Below, one piece after another: positions 10,417 through 21,535 of a DNA stretch of 64,000 nucleotides; the first letter of the stretch is position 1, and each line of letters starts with the position of its first letter. Made by a program: the position numbers and the translations under genes. This DNA comes from Flavobacteriales bacterium (GTDB lineage: Bacteria > Bacteroidota > Bacteroidia > Flavobacteriales > UBA7430). Below the pieces are notes generated by a model. The model was not told where the DNA came from. It ran no database searches and saw only the letters and a list, made by a program, of their open reading frames with translations. The DNA is taken from positions 34,775 to 98,774 of the forward strand of contig CBFIGX010000007.1 in NCBI GenBank assembly GCA_965662265.1, read 5' to 3'.

Positions 10417-13263
10417 ATGATGAATAATAAAGGATTCACCAAATTTTTAGCTACCGTATTTGCATTAATATGTGTTTACCAGTTAGCATTTACATGGATG
10501 GTTAAAAGTGTTGAGAATGATGCAAAAGCATTTGCTGGAGGAGATATTGCGCTTGAGAAAGCATACATTGACTCTGTAGCCACTGATGAATTATATTTTG
10601 GATATACCTACAAAGAGTGTAAAGAACAAGAGCTCAATTTAGGTCTCGACCTAAAAGGAGGGATGAATGTTACATTAGAAGTATCTGTTGGAGACATACT
10701 CAAAATACTGGCTAATAAGTCGTCTGATGCTACCTTTAATCAAGCAATTGACCGTGCCAATCAAGCTCAACGAAATTCCCAAGAAAATTATATTGACTTA
10801 TTCGAGAAGGCTTTTAATGAGGTAAATATCGAAAATGGCACTCAAGTTCTATTGTCTTCACCTCGAATATTTGGTCATCGGAATATGCTAGATAAATTTG
10901 AGCTGAATGCCCCAAACAATGAAGTTATTGCTGTTGTTCGGGAAGAAGCTAAAGGCGCAATAGATAGGGCCTTTTCTGTACTTAGAGCCCGAATAGATAA
11001 GTTTGGTGTTGTTCAGCCTAACATCCAACAACTAGAGCAAGAAGGAAGAATCCTTGTTGAGCTACCTGGTGTTAAAGATCACGAGCGTGTGAAGCGTTTA
11101 TTACAGAGTACAGCCCAATTAGAGTTTTGGGAAACATCAAGCATTCAAGAATTACAAACATTTTTAGTAAACGTAGATGCTATTATAAAGGCTGAACAAG
11201 ATGCTAAAAACTTAGAAGAAGATGAATTTCTAGTGGATTCATTGTCTTTAGATTCTTTAAACCCAGATTTAGGGAATCCTTTCTTTGAAATGATCAACAT
11301 TCAGTACGCATTTGGTGCTCGTTTGGGTGTTGTTTTTGAAGAAGATACGGCAAAGATTAACTCTATTCTTAATCGTTCAGATGTTCGATCTTTACTTTCT
11401 AGTGATCTCAGAAATATTAAGTTTTTATGGTCTGCAAAACCACTTGTTAATGAAGGCGAAGAGGTTGGGCTTGAATTGGTCGCTATTAAGTCAAACAGAG
11501 AGAATCAAGCACAGCTTGGTGGGGATGTTATTGTTGACGCAAGCTCAGATATTGATCCTACTGGCTCTGTAAATGTTAGTATGAGAATGAATGCTGAAGG
11601 TTCTAAGAAATGGAAAAAACTAACTGAAAATAATATCGACAGACAAGTAGCAATTGTTCTTGATAACTATGTATATTCATTTCCAACAGTTAACGACGTT
11701 ATACCTAACGGAAGTTCAAGTATTTCCGGAAACTTTACTGTAGAAGAAGCTGAGGATTTAGCTAATATTTTAAAAGCAGGTAAGCTCCCTGCTCCAGCTA
11801 AAATTATTCAATCAGAGGTTGTTGGTCCGTCTTTAGGTAAAGAAGCTATTAGTGCCGGGTTTACATCTTTTGCTATAGCATTAATTATTGTATTGATATA
11901 CATGATTTTTTACTACCAAACTGCGGGGCTATCAGCAAATTTTGCTTTAGTACTTAACATTCTTTTCATTTTTGGAGTTCTAGCTTCATTGGGTGCTGTT
12001 CTTTCACTCCCTGGTATTGCTGGTATTGTGCTGACAATTGGTATGGCTGTTGATGCTAATGTTCTTATATATGAGCGCATACGCGAAGAGCTAAGAATGG
12101 GCAAAGGGATGCGTTTAGCTATACAAGATGGGTATAATAACGCTTATGCAGCAATTATTGATGCTAACGTTACTACCTTACTTACCGGAGTTATCTTATA
12201 TACATTTGGTACTGGGCCAATTAAAGGATTTGCAACAACTTTAATTATAGGTATCATTACATCATTATTTGCGGCAATATTCCTAACTCGATTAGTTTTT
12301 GAGTCTAAAATGGAATCTAAAAAGTCCATAAAGTTTGCTTCTAAATTAACCGAGAATTGGTTTACAAAAACTTCATTTGCATTTATTGCAAGTAGGAAAA
12401 AGGCTTATATATTTTCAGGTTTATTATTGATTTTAGGTGCATCTTCCCTAGTCACTAGAGGTCTAAATCAGGGTGTTGATTTTGTAGGTGGTCGCACATA
12501 CGTGGTTCGTTTTGATCAAGACGTAGTTACCCAAGATATCCGTTCTTCTCTTGCAGCGCCTTTCGAAACTGCGCCAGAAGTAAAAACCTTTGGAGATGCA
12601 AATCAGGTAAAGATTACTACCAAATATATGATTGATGAAAAAGGTGCAGATGAAATCGTAGATGCAAAATTAGAGGAGGGATTAAGTACTCTTGGGATGT
12701 CATATGAAACAATGAGCTCGCAGTTAGTTGGTCCTACAATTGCCGATGACATCAAACAATCTGCTGTTTGGGCGGTGCTATTCTCATTAATTGTGATATT
12801 CTTATACATATTAATAAGATTCCGTAAGATGTCATACTCATTAGGTGCTGTTGCGGCTGTGTTTCATGATGTGCTAATCGTATTGTCAGTATTTTCAATA
12901 TTTTACGGTAAATTGCCTTTCTCTTTGGAGATAGATCAAGCCTTTATAGCAGCTATTTTAACGGTTATCGGGTATTCTCTTAATGATACAGTGGTTGTGT
13001 TTGATAGGGTGCGAGAATTTTTTAGTTCTAAAAAAGGCAAGCGATCTGAAGTTGTAAATGCGGCATTAAACAGTACTTTAAGTCGTACTTTAAATACTTC
13101 ATTAACAACTTTCTTTGTATTACTAGTTATATTCTTGTTTGGTGGCGAAGTGATTAGAGGTTTTATGTTTGCATTGATGATAGGTGTTGTTGTTGGTACT
13201 TATTCGTCATTGTTCATTGCAACGCCAATAATGGTAGATACTTTAAAGAAAGAGGAAGAGTAA
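10417..13263 (+). CDS. secDF: Protein translocase subunit SecDF (fused SecD-SecF)
   Basis: 948 aa with an N-terminal TM segment, a large periplasmic domain and two 6-TM blocks carrying conserved strings (GIAGIVLTIGMAVDANVLIYERIREE; TVIGYSLNDTVVVFDRVRE). Confidence 0.95.
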   Translation: MMNNKGFTKFLATVFALICVYQLAFTWMVKSVENDAKAFAGGDIALEKAYIDSVATDELYFGYTYKECKEQELNLGLDLKGGMNVTLEVSVGDILKILANKSSDATFNQAIDRANQAQRNSQENYIDLFEKAFNEVNIENGTQVLLSSPRIFGHRNMLDKFELNAPNNEVIAVVREEAKGAIDRAFSVLRARIDKFGVVQPNIQQLEQEGRILVELPGVKDHERVKRLLQSTAQLEFWETSSIQELQTFLVNVDAIIKAEQDAKNLEEDEFLVDSLSLDSLNPDLGNPFFEMINIQYAFGARLGVVFEEDTAKINSILNRSDVRSLLSSDLRNIKFLWSAKPLVNEGEEVGLELVAIKSNRENQAQLGGDVIVDASSDIDPTGSVNVSMRMNAEGSKKWKKLTENNIDRQVAIVLDNYVYSFPTVNDVIPNGSSSISGNFTVEEAEDLANILKAGKLPAPAKIIQSEVVGPSLGKEAISAGFTSFAIALIIVLIYMIFYYQTAGLSANFALVLNILFIFGVLASLGAVLSLPGIAGIVLTIGMAVDANVLIYERIREELRMGKGMRLAIQDGYNNAYAAIIDANVTTLLTGVILYTFGTGPIKGFATTLIIGIITSLFAAIFLTRLVFESKMESKKSIKFASKLTENWFTKTSFAFIASRKKAYIFSGLLLILGASSLVTRGLNQGVDFVGGRTYVVRFDQDVVTQDIRSSLAAPFETAPEVKTFGDANQVKITTKYMIDEKGADEIVDAKLEEGLSTLGMSYETMSSQLVGPTIADDIKQSAVWAVLFSLIVIFLYILIRFRKMSYSLGAVAAVFHDVLIVLSVFSIFYGKLPFSLEIDQAFIAAILTVIGYSLNDTVVVFDRVREFFSSKKGKRSEVVNAALNSTLSRTLNTSLTTFFVLLVIFLFGGEVIRGFMFALMIGVVVGTYSSLFIATPIMVDTLKKEEE

Positions 13264-13283
13264 TATTTTATAAGTTCTAGATT

Positions 13284-13311
13284 AAAAGTCCTGCGCATGC
13301 GCAGGACTTTT
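13284..13311 (+). terminator. Rho-independent terminator after secDF
   Basis: The perfect 22-nt palindrome AGTCCTGCGCATGCGCAGGACT is flanked by A4 and T4. Confidence 0.7.
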
Positions 13312-13324
13312 GTATTTTTACCCA

Positions 13325-13612
13325 ATGGTTTCTATTCTTTTATTTTTAAATTTTTTAGGGACAGGCGAATTTATTTTAATTGCTTTTGTGTTTCTACTTC
13401 TTTTTGGGCCAGATAAAATTCCTGGAATAGCTCGAATGCTTGGTCGGGGAATAAGAAAAGTTAGAGAGGCAAGTGATGATATTAAAAAAGAAATTCACGC
13501 AAGTTCTCAAGATGTTGAGGAATTGGGTTCTGATGTTAAATCTGATTTAACAGATATTCAAAATATTCCAGATTCAGTGAAAAGGACCGTAAAAAAAACA
13601 TTTGAAGACTAA
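13325..13612 (+). CDS. tatA: Twin-arginine translocase TatA/TatE family subunit
   Basis: GTGEFILIAFVFLLLFGPDKIPGIARMLGRGIRKVREA is a TatA TM plus amphipathic helix signature. ATG 13325 was chosen because the TTG at 13310 lies inside the terminator. Confidence 0.85.
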   Translation: MVSILLFLNFLGTGEFILIAFVFLLLFGPDKIPGIARMLGRGIRKVREASDDIKKEIHASSQDVEELGSDVKSDLTDIQNIPDSVKRTVKKTFED

Positions 13613-14554
13613 ATGAATATTCTTTACTTAATTGTTGGTCTTTTTGTCCTCATATTTGGCGGTGAGTTCTTGGTTAGAGGTTCAGTTGCTTTAGCTATAA
13701 GAATGCGTGTTTCAATGGTTGTTATTGGTTTAACTGTAGTTTCTTTTGCAACTTCAGCTCCAGAGCTCATTGTTAGTGTTTACGCTGCTATAAATGGTCA
13801 TCCAGATATTGTTTTTGGCAATGTAATTGGGTCTAATATTGCTAATATATCTTTAGTTTTAGGATTAACTGCTTTATTGTATCCTTTGAGTTTTAAACAA
13901 CGTCTTTATAAGTTTGATGTCCCTGTAATGCTATCCGCGTCTTTACTTTTTGGTTACTTTCTTTTTACAGATAATTGTTTGGTCTTCTGGGAAGGTTTGA
14001 TTTTTGTATTATTGTTAGCACTGCTTACTGTATACATGATTCGCCGTTCAAGAGCTTCTGAAGGAGATGCTTTTACCCAAGAACAGAAAGGTAAAAACGA
14101 GTTAGCAACAAAGAAATTAGTTGGTTATCTATTCTTGGGTGCTTTGTGTTTGTATTTTGGTTCGCGTTTATTGGTTGATGGAGCCAGTGGATTGGCTCGA
14201 GTTATAGGCGTAAGTGAAAGAGTAATCTCATTGTCTATTATTGCTTTTGGAACTTCCTTACCTGAGTTGGCGGCTTCAATTATTGCTGCTTTTAAAAAAG
14301 AGAAGGATCTTTCCTTGGGTAACCTCATAGGGTCAAATATTTTTAACATACTAGCAGTTCTTGGTGTTACGTCAATAATACATCCAATTAAATTAACTGA
14401 CGATAGAATATTGACTATTGATATCTTGTGGATGTTTGGGTTGTCTTTTCTTTTGATACCACTCATGTTTTTGTTTCGCAAAGGTTTTATTGGTAGGTTG
14501 GAAGGTGCTGTTTTGTTTTTTATGTACATTTTGTACATCACCCTCCTTTTTTAA
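13613..14554 (+). CDS. Calcium/sodium antiporter (CaCA / YrbG family)
   Basis: Two alpha-repeat signatures, GNVIGSNIANISLVLG and GNLIGSNIFNILAVLG, in a polytopic membrane protein. The ATG directly follows the tatA stop codon. Confidence 0.9.
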   Translation: MNILYLIVGLFVLIFGGEFLVRGSVALAIRMRVSMVVIGLTVVSFATSAPELIVSVYAAINGHPDIVFGNVIGSNIANISLVLGLTALLYPLSFKQRLYKFDVPVMLSASLLFGYFLFTDNCLVFWEGLIFVLLLALLTVYMIRRSRASEGDAFTQEQKGKNELATKKLVGYLFLGALCLYFGSRLLVDGASGLARVIGVSERVISLSIIAFGTSLPELAASIIAAFKKEKDLSLGNLIGSNIFNILAVLGVTSIIHPIKLTDDRILTIDILWMFGLSFLLIPLMFLFRKGFIGRLEGAVLFFMYILYITLLF

Positions 14555-14658
14555 TAGGGTGTCTTCATAAATTTAATACATTTATTTTTATTAACCCTAT
14601 TTTTAGTGGGGTGTTAATAAAAAATATATAATTTTATGGTGTATTTAACAATACCGTA

Positions 14659-14666
14659 TATCTTTG
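14659..14666 (+). promoter_or_regulatory. Candidate -7 box (TATCTTTG) upstream of the short glutamine synthetase gene
   Basis: TAnnTTTG match about 75 nt upstream of ATG 14741. Confidence 0.3.
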
Positions 14667-14740
14667 CGCCTTGTTATAAAGTCATCAGACGAAGTAATTA
14701 AACCAACTAAACTTAATTTTTACACAATTACACTTAACTT

Positions 14741-15748
14741 ATGAAATCAAAATTAGAGTATATCTGGCTAGATGGATATATACCAACTCAGAATATGAGA
14801 AGTAAAACTAAAGTCGTTGAAGACTTTAGTGGTAAATTAGAAGACTGTCCAACGTGGTCTTTTGATGGTAGCTCAACTAGACAAGCGGAAGGGAATTCTT
14901 CAGACTGTTTATTGAAGCCTGTAGCCATTTTTCCTGATCCAGAGAGGATTAACGGTTTCTTGGTTATGACAGAAGTTTTAAACTCTGATGGAACACCTCA
15001 TGTATCTAATGCAAGAGCGAAAATTAATGACGATGATAATGACTTTTGGTTCGGTTTTGAACAAGAGTATTTTATCATGGATACAGAAACGCAGTTACCG
15101 TTAGGTTTTCCTATGGGAGGATACCCTGGGCCGCAAGGGATGTACTACTGTTCTGTAGGAGGAAGAAACACACATGGAAGAGACTTTGTTGAAGAGCATG
15201 CTGATTTATGTATCGAAGCTGGATTAAATTTTGAAGGAATTAATCAAGAAGTTGCATCAGGACAATGGGAGTTTCAGTTATTTGCAAAAGGGGCCAAGCT
15301 CGCAGGTGATGAATTGTGGGTAGCTAGATACTTATTAGACAGGTTAACTGAAAAGTATGGTTATTACATCGAATATCATCCAAAACCAGTAAAAGGAGAT
15401 TGGAATGGTTCAGGAATGCATGCTAATTTTTCAAATACTTTGCTAAGGACTTGTGGTTCCCAAGCTATTTATGAGAAAGTATGTGAAGCATTCAGACCTG
15501 TTACTAAAGAGCATATAGATGTATATGGTGAGTTTAACGATCAGCGTTTAACAGGCTTACATGAAACAGCCTCAATACACGATTTTAGTTACGGAGTTTC
15601 AGATAGAGGTGCTTCGATTCGTATTCCAATTATCACAGTTGAAAAAGGATGGAAAGGTTGGCTAGAAGATAGAAGGCCAGCATCAAATGGGGATCCATAT
15701 AAAATAGCAGGAAGAATAATTCAAACAGTGAAATCTGCTGATGTATAA
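14741..15748 (+). CDS. Glutamine synthetase, short type II-like form (335 aa)
   Basis: KLEYIWLDG..., FGFEQEYF, GINQEVASGQWEFQ, GSGMHANFS and SIRIP are GS catalytic-domain strings in a eukaryote-like (GSII) arrangement. Confidence 0.9.
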   Translation: MKSKLEYIWLDGYIPTQNMRSKTKVVEDFSGKLEDCPTWSFDGSSTRQAEGNSSDCLLKPVAIFPDPERINGFLVMTEVLNSDGTPHVSNARAKINDDDNDFWFGFEQEYFIMDTETQLPLGFPMGGYPGPQGMYYCSVGGRNTHGRDFVEEHADLCIEAGLNFEGINQEVASGQWEFQLFAKGAKLAGDELWVARYLLDRLTEKYGYYIEYHPKPVKGDWNGSGMHANFSNTLLRTCGSQAIYEKVCEAFRPVTKEHIDVYGEFNDQRLTGLHETASIHDFSYGVSDRGASIRIPIITVEKGWKGWLEDRRPASNGDPYKIAGRIIQTVKSADV

Positions 15749-15759
15749 TTATTAAATAA

Positions 15760-15783
15760 AAAGCGCTCCTATGAGCGCTTTTT
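15760..15783 (+). terminator. Rho-independent terminator between the two GS genes
   Basis: AGCGCTC/GAGCGCT stem with a ctat loop, followed by T5. Confidence 0.7.
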
Positions 15784-15803
15784 ATTTTACACAAAGTGTT
15801 GCT

Positions 15804-17996
15804 ATGAATAAACTAAGGTTACAAGCTTTTAAAGAGGCAACTTCAAGAAGGCCTCAATCTGTGGAACAACCCTCAGAAAAAATATCCGAGTTTTACGGTC
15901 AGAATGTGTTTAGTAAGTATGTGATGATGGAGTATCTCCCTGCTGAGGCATACAAAAGCGTTATGGAAGCCATAGAAAAAGGAGTAAAAATTGATCGTTC
16001 TATAGCCGACCAGGTGGCCTCTGCAATGAAAGATTGGGCCATCTCTAAAAATGCAACTCATTATACGCACTGGTTTCAGCCATTAACAGGTGCAACTGCA
16101 GAAAAACATGATGCTTTTATAGATCCAATTCCTGGTGGTAAAGTTATCGAACGTTTTGCGGGCCATTTATTAGTGCAACAAGAACCAGATGCTTCAAGCT
16201 TCCCAAATGGTGGAATCCGAAATACGTTTGAAGCCAGAGGATACACGGCTTGGGATCCAACATCACCTGCATTTATAATAGATAAAACTTTATGTATTCC
16301 TACCATATTTGTTGCCTATACAGGGGAGGCTTTAGATAATAAAACACCATTATTGAGAGCATTACACGCGGTAGATCAGGCTTCAGTATCTGTGTGTCAA
16401 TATTTTGATAAAAATGTTAGTAAGGTAAATGCTTCACTAGGTTGGGAGCAAGAGTATTTCTTAATTGACTTAGCATTTTATAACGCTCGTCCAGATTTAA
16501 TCCAAACGGGTAGAACTTTATTCGGGCATTCGTCACCTAAAGGGCAACAACTTGATGACCACTATTTTGGGTCTATACCACCTAGAGCCCAAGCATTTAT
16601 GAGAGACTTCGAAAACGAGTCTCTCAAGTTAGGTATCCCTATAACAACTAGGCATAATGAGGTTGCTCCTAATCAATTTGAATGTGCTCCAGTTTATGAA
16701 GAAGCAAATCTTTCTGTTGATCATAATTCATTATTAATGGACTTAATGGAAAAAGTAGCAAGGCGTCATAATTTTAAAGTGCTACTTCATGAAAAGCCGT
16801 TTGCTGGGTTTAATGGTTCTGGAAAACATAATAATTGGTCTTTAACTACAAATACAGGGAAAAACCTTTTAAGTCCTGGTAAAACTCCAAAGAGTAATCT
16901 TCAGTTTCTTACCTTCTTTATTAATACGATTAAGGCTGTTTATGAAAATTCTGATCTGTTAAGAGCAAGTATAGCTTCCTCGTCTAATGATCACCGTTTA
17001 GGCGCAAATGAGGCTCCCCCAGCCATAATATCTGTATTTATTGGATCTCAATTAACTCGTGTTTTGAATGAACTTGAAACTAAATTAAAGGGAGGGAAAA
17101 TCTCTCCAGAAGATAAAACAGATTTAAAGCTAAACGTTGTAGGTAAAATTCCTGACGTCTTACTAGATAATACAGACAGAAACAGAACTTCGCCTTTTGC
17201 ATTTACAGGGAATAAATTTGAGTTTAGGGCAGTAGGTTCATTAGCTAATTGCTCTCTACCTATGACTGTTTTAAATACAATTGTAGCAGATCAGCTTAAT
17301 GCTTTTAAGGTTGAAGTAGATGACTTAATTGAGTCAGGTTTATCCAAGGATGAAGCCATTTTCCAGATGCTAAAATCGTACATAAAAAGCTCTAAACCAA
17401 TAAGGTTTGAAGGTGATGGTTATAGTGAGCTTTGGATAAAAGAAGCCGCTAAAAGAGGCTTGTCTAATATAAAGAGTACACCTTATGCACTTGATTTATT
17501 AGTGTCTGATAAGGCTAAATCTGTATTTTCAGATAATAATGTTCTTAGCGAATTAGAATTAAAAGCGAGGTACGAAGTCTATATGGAAGAGTATCAACTT
17601 AAAATTCAAATTGAAGCTAAAGTTTTAACAGATTTAGTTAAAAATCATGTGATACCCTCAGCTGTACGATATCAAAGTGTCTTAGTGAAAAATGTTAAAA
17701 ACCTGCAAGACATACTTTCTGATAAAGATTTTAAGGCCGCTTCAAAAGAGCAAATAGCAATGATTATAGAGTTGTCTAATGTAATTAATAGCCTCATAAC
17801 AAAAACTGATCAGATGATAGAAGTTTGCAAAAAATCAGATAGCTATACTCAAGTAGAGCTAAGAGCAAAGAAATATGCAGATAATGTTTTTCCATATTTT
17901 GATCAAATTAGACGCTATACCGATAAGCTAGAATTGTTGGTTGACGATGAGATGTGGCCTATGCCAAAGTACCGCGAAATGTTGCTTACTAGCTGA
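15804..17996 (+). CDS. glnA: Glutamine synthetase type III
   Basis: About 730 aa with [19 protein letters not shown] and GSGKHNNWS. The length and layout match the Bacteroides-type GSIII. ATG 15804 was chosen because the ORF-track ATG 15771 sits in the terminator loop. Confidence 0.92.
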   Translation: MNKLRLQAFKEATSRRPQSVEQPSEKISEFYGQNVFSKYVMMEYLPAEAYKSVMEAIEKGVKIDRSIADQVASAMKDWAISKNATHYTHWFQPLTGATAEKHDAFIDPIPGGKVIERFAGHLLVQQEPDASSFPNGGIRNTFEARGYTAWDPTSPAFIIDKTLCIPTIFVAYTGEALDNKTPLLRALHAVDQASVSVCQYFDKNVSKVNASLGWEQEYFLIDLAFYNARPDLIQTGRTLFGHSSPKGQQLDDHYFGSIPPRAQAFMRDFENESLKLGIPITTRHNEVAPNQFECAPVYEEANLSVDHNSLLMDLMEKVARRHNFKVLLHEKPFAGFNGSGKHNNWSLTTNTGKNLLSPGKTPKSNLQFLTFFINTIKAVYENSDLLRASIASSSNDHRLGANEAPPAIISVFIGSQLTRVLNELETKLKGGKISPEDKTDLKLNVVGKIPDVLLDNTDRNRTSPFAFTGNKFEFRAVGSLANCSLPMTVLNTIVADQLNAFKVEVDDLIESGLSKDEAIFQMLKSYIKSSKPIRFEGDGYSELWIKEAAKRGLSNIKSTPYALDLLVSDKAKSVFSDNNVLSELELKARYEVYMEEYQLKIQIEAKVLTDLVKNHVIPSAVRYQSVLVKNVKNLQDILSDKDFKAASKEQIAMIIELSNVINSLITKTDQMIEVCKKSDSYTQVELRAKKYADNVFPYFDQIRRYTDKLELLVDDEMWPMPKYREMLLTS

Positions 17997-18120
17997 TTTT
18001 GCATGATGCAAACCCTATCAGTTAGTTTAGGCTTTTTTATTTGCTTTAATTTTCATTATTTTAGCAGTCTTTTGCATCAATATTGCATTGAAAGCAAATA
18101 ATAACTATGAACTCAAAACA

Positions 18121-20208
18121 ATGAGATTTACGAAAATAGCATTACTTTTTATCGCATCTATGGCGATATCTAGCAACACCTTAGGTCAAGGTAAACAATT
18201 AAAAAAAGCAGAATTAGCTTACGATCAGTATGAGTTTCATAAAGCGATAGAGCTGTACAAAAGAGCTTACTCAAAGTCATCTGATAGAGCGCAAAAAATA
18301 GAGATGAGCTTTAAGCTTGCCGAGTGTGCCCGTAGGATTGGAAATTACCGCCAAGCAGAAAGCTACTATAAACGGACCATTAAAATGCGATATGACGATC
18401 CTGTGGCCTTGTTGTATTTGGCAATGATGCAGCGCAACCTAGGAAAGTATAATGATGCTATTGAAAACTTTAAGCTATACTCAGAAAAAGTACCTGGTGA
18501 TATTAGAGCACAAGAGTCTATAGAAGCTTGCAAACTTGCTAAAGAGTGGACAGAAAACCCTACCCGTTACGCTGTTACAAATATGAAAACTATTAATTCT
18601 AAGCAAGATGACCGAATGCCCGCTTTCGGGAATAAAGATAATACGTTACTTTTCTTTACTACAGCTCGAAAAGGCGTGCAAGGCAAGAAGTTGTCAGCAC
18701 AAACGGGGCAGTATTTTACCGATATTTTTGTTAGTGAGTTAGAAAAAGTTAAAAAAAGAAAAGGTAAAGGGAAAAAGGCAAAGCCTAAGTGGAAGGAGCC
18801 TCAATCTATTGGTGATTATCTAGAAATAGAAGATATAATCAACACAAAAGCAGACGAGGGAGCAGTAAGTTTAAATGAACGAGGGAACTTAATGTATTTT
18901 AATAGAGCGCTCATGAAAAAGAACGAGTATAACCTGCCTCGTGTCTATTCTGCTGTGAAAAAAGGTGGTGAATGGGAAGAGCCTACTGAAATTAATCTGC
19001 CTATAGACTCTAATTATATGGTTATATTCCCTTGCTTATCTCCAGATGAAAAAACTTTATTTTTTGTTTCTAATATGCCAGGTGGCCAAGGTGATTTTGA
19101 TATTTGGATGTCTGAGTATAATAACCGTAAAGATACTTGGGCTGATCCTGTTAATTTAGGTCCAGAGGTCAATACACCTGGAAGAGAAATAGCACCTTAT
19201 TTACATAAAGATGGAACACTATTCTTCTCTTCAAAAGGACATGTTGGTATGGGTGGATATGATATATTTAGAGCTACTCAAAGGCCAAGCGGACAATACG
19301 GAAAGGTTAAAAACATGAAATACCCGATAAACTCATCATACGACGACTTTGGTGTTATTTTTTCCGGAAAAGACGCAATGAATGGATTTATAACCTCCAA
19401 TCGTAAAGGAGGTAGAGGTGGAGATGATATATATGAAGTTAAACTTGCAGATCTGAAGTTTAAAATGGAAGGTATGCTAATAGACGAAGAAACTACTGAC
19501 CCAATCAAAGGAGTTAATGTTCGTATAGAAGGTTCAGATGGTTCATCATTTGATGCGATTACTAATAACAAAGGTTACTTTAGTTTCGGAGATGAGATTA
19601 TTAGTCAAGGTGTAGAGTATGAAGTTACATACACAAAAGATACCTATATAGATCTAGTAGATACAGTAACAACTCAGGAGCTTACAATTCATGATTTTGA
19701 AATTACAGATGAGGGCTATTTATATACAATTGCTGTTGACCTGAAATTGAAAGTTTATAGATTGCCAATTGTCCTACCGCTTATAGAATACGACTTAGGT
19801 TCAGCAGAACTTCGAGATATGGCTATAAAAGATCTTGATAATTTGGTTGGTGTTCTAGAAACTAATCCTGACTTAAGAATTCAGCTTAGATCTCACACAG
19901 ACTTCAGATCTGGTGATGAATTTAATAAAGAATTATCTCAGCGACGAGCAGAGGCATGCGTAAACTATTTAATTGATCAAGGAATTGACGCTTCTAGACT
20001 AGAAGCTCTAGGAATGGGTGAGGCTGAGCCATACACATTATTAAAAGATAGAAATGGATTTAAGGAAGGTGATGTTCTTTCTCAAGAGTTTATTGAATCT
20101 ATTCGATCAAAACGATTGAGAGAAGTTGCACATCAAATGAACAGAAGGACAGACTTCAGACAAATAGAATCAGACCCAGAAGATGCAAAGAAGTTTGGGG
20201 ATTATTAA
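18121..20208 (+). CDS. OmpA-family outer-membrane/peptidoglycan-associated protein with TPR, TolB-like beta-propeller and CarboxypepD_reg-like segments
   Basis: Signal peptide MRFTKIALLFIASMAISSNTLGQ. TPR-like N-terminal region. C-terminal OmpA-like string LRSHTDFRSGDEFNKELSQRRAEACVNYLIDQGIDASRLEALGMGEAEP. Confidence 0.88.
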   Translation: MRFTKIALLFIASMAISSNTLGQGKQLKKAELAYDQYEFHKAIELYKRAYSKSSDRAQKIEMSFKLAECARRIGNYRQAESYYKRTIKMRYDDPVALLYLAMMQRNLGKYNDAIENFKLYSEKVPGDIRAQESIEACKLAKEWTENPTRYAVTNMKTINSKQDDRMPAFGNKDNTLLFFTTARKGVQGKKLSAQTGQYFTDIFVSELEKVKKRKGKGKKAKPKWKEPQSIGDYLEIEDIINTKADEGAVSLNERGNLMYFNRALMKKNEYNLPRVYSAVKKGGEWEEPTEINLPIDSNYMVIFPCLSPDEKTLFFVSNMPGGQGDFDIWMSEYNNRKDTWADPVNLGPEVNTPGREIAPYLHKDGTLFFSSKGHVGMGGYDIFRATQRPSGQYGKVKNMKYPINSSYDDFGVIFSGKDAMNGFITSNRKGGRGGDDIYEVKLADLKFKMEGMLIDEETTDPIKGVNVRIEGSDGSSFDAITNNKGYFSFGDEIISQGVEYEVTYTKDTYIDLVDTVTTQELTIHDFEITDEGYLYTIAVDLKLKVYRLPIVLPLIEYDLGSAELRDMAIKDLDNLVGVLETNPDLRIQLRSHTDFRSGDEFNKELSQRRAEACVNYLIDQGIDASRLEALGMGEAEPYTLLKDRNGFKEGDVLSQEFIESIRSKRLREVAHQMNRRTDFRQIESDPEDAKKFGDY

Positions 20209-20225
20209 GTTTCTAATTTTCATCA

Positions 20226-20254
20226 AAAAGCAACCTTTTTAGGTTGCTTTTTTT
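20226..20254 (+). terminator. Rho-independent terminator after the OmpA-family gene
   Basis: GCAACCT/AGGTTGC stem with a tttt loop, followed by T7. Confidence 0.7.
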
Positions 20255-20364
20255 ATTTTTCTGACTCGACAGCTTTTTATCTTAATAGGGCACTAAATAA
20301 GCATGTTGTCTTAGGAATTCTTTAACTATATTTACGGAAAATTAACCATATAGATAAGATAAAA

Positions 20365-21534
20365 GTGAGTACTAAAGAAAGATACATGAAGCGTGGTGTT
20401 TCAGCATCCAAAGAAGATGTTCATAATGCCATAAAAAATGTAGATAAAGGGTTATTTCCTAAGGCGTTTTGCAAAATTGTAGAAGATACACTTACTGGTG
20501 ATGATGATTATTGTATCGTTATGCACGCAGATGGTGCAGGAACAAAATCTTCATTAGCCTATATGTATTGGAAGGAAACAGGAGATATTTCAGTGTGGAA
20601 AGGAATTGCTCAAGATGCTTTAGTGATGAATATTGACGACTTACTTTGTGTGGGTGCTGTTGATAAAATACTTGTGTCATCTACTATTGGTAGGAATAAA
20701 AGTGTGATTAATGGAGAGGTCTTATCAGAGATAATTAACGGTACTGAAGAATTGCTTGCAGACATGAGAGATCAAGGAATAGAAATATATTCTACAGGAG
20801 GAGAAACAGCTGATGTTGGTGATCTGGTAAGAACAATTATTGTAGACTCGACCGTTACAGCAAGAATGAAAAGAGCTGATGTAATTTCTAATCACAATAT
20901 TGTAGGTGGAGAGGTCATTGTCGCTTTAGAATCATACGGCCAAGCTATTTATGAGAAGGAGTATAATGGTGGAATGGGATCTAATGGGCTAACTTCAGCT
21001 AGGCATGATGTTTTCCATAAACAATTGGCATCAAAATATCCAGAAAGTTATGATACTTCTGTGCCTGAAGATTTGATCTACTCAGGTAATAAAGGCTTAA
21101 CTGATGCCATAGAAGGCGTGCCTATAGATGCTGGTAAACTTGTTTTATCTCCAACACGAACATATGCACCAATTATCAAGAAAATTTTAGAAAAACACAG
21201 ATCAAATATTCACGGAATGGTTCATTGCAGTGGAGGTGCCCAAACTAAGGTCCTTCATTTTGTAGATAATGTACATGTAATAAAAGATAATATGTTTGAT
21301 GTGCCACCCTTGTTTAAGTTAATCCAAGAACAGTCTGATACTGACTGGAAAGAGATGTATAAAGTATTTAACATGGGACACAGGATGGAAATATATCTAA
21401 ATCCTGAATACGCAAAAGATATCATAGAGATTTCAAAATCATTTGGTGTTGATGCTAAGATTATTGGAAGAGTTACGCCCTATAAAGGGAAGAAGTTAAC
21501 CATAAACAGCCAGTACGGCAAATTCGTATACTAA
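20365..21534 (+). CDS. purM: Phosphoribosylformylglycinamidine cyclo-ligase (AIR synthase)
   Basis: [23 protein letters not shown] and GGETA strings. The start is GTG at 20365; ATG 20386 is an alternative. Confidence 0.88.
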   Translation: MSTKERYMKRGVSASKEDVHNAIKNVDKGLFPKAFCKIVEDTLTGDDDYCIVMHADGAGTKSSLAYMYWKETGDISVWKGIAQDALVMNIDDLLCVGAVDKILVSSTIGRNKSVINGEVLSEIINGTEELLADMRDQGIEIYSTGGETADVGDLVRTIIVDSTVTARMKRADVISNHNIVGGEVIVALESYGQAIYEKEYNGGMGSNGLTSARHDVFHKQLASKYPESYDTSVPEDLIYSGNKGLTDAIEGVPIDAGKLVLSPTRTYAPIIKKILEKHRSNIHGMVHCSGGAQTKVLHFVDNVHVIKDNMFDVPPLFKLIQEQSDTDWKEMYKVFNMGHRMEIYLNPEYAKDIIEISKSFGVDAKIIGRVTPYKGKKLTINSQYGKFVY

Positions 21535-21535
21535 T

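Noticed and set aside
14125-14541. 138-aa minus-strand ORF. The 142-aa ORF at 55739-56167 is a similar case.
   Set aside because: Both lie antisense inside well-supported genes (the CaCA antiporter and lpdA) and have no family features.
14667-14740. Possible glutamine-sensing leader RNA upstream of the GS genes
   Set aside because: The leader is short and AT-rich with no evident conserved stems. Nothing resembles the known glnA RNA motif as I recall it.
18745-18800. A-rich tract (including A7) inside the OmpA-family gene, considered as a possible slippage or phase-variation site
   Set aside because: It is in frame and encodes a Lys-rich linker (KVKKRKGKGKKAKPKWK). The homopolymer is short and no alternative frame opens.
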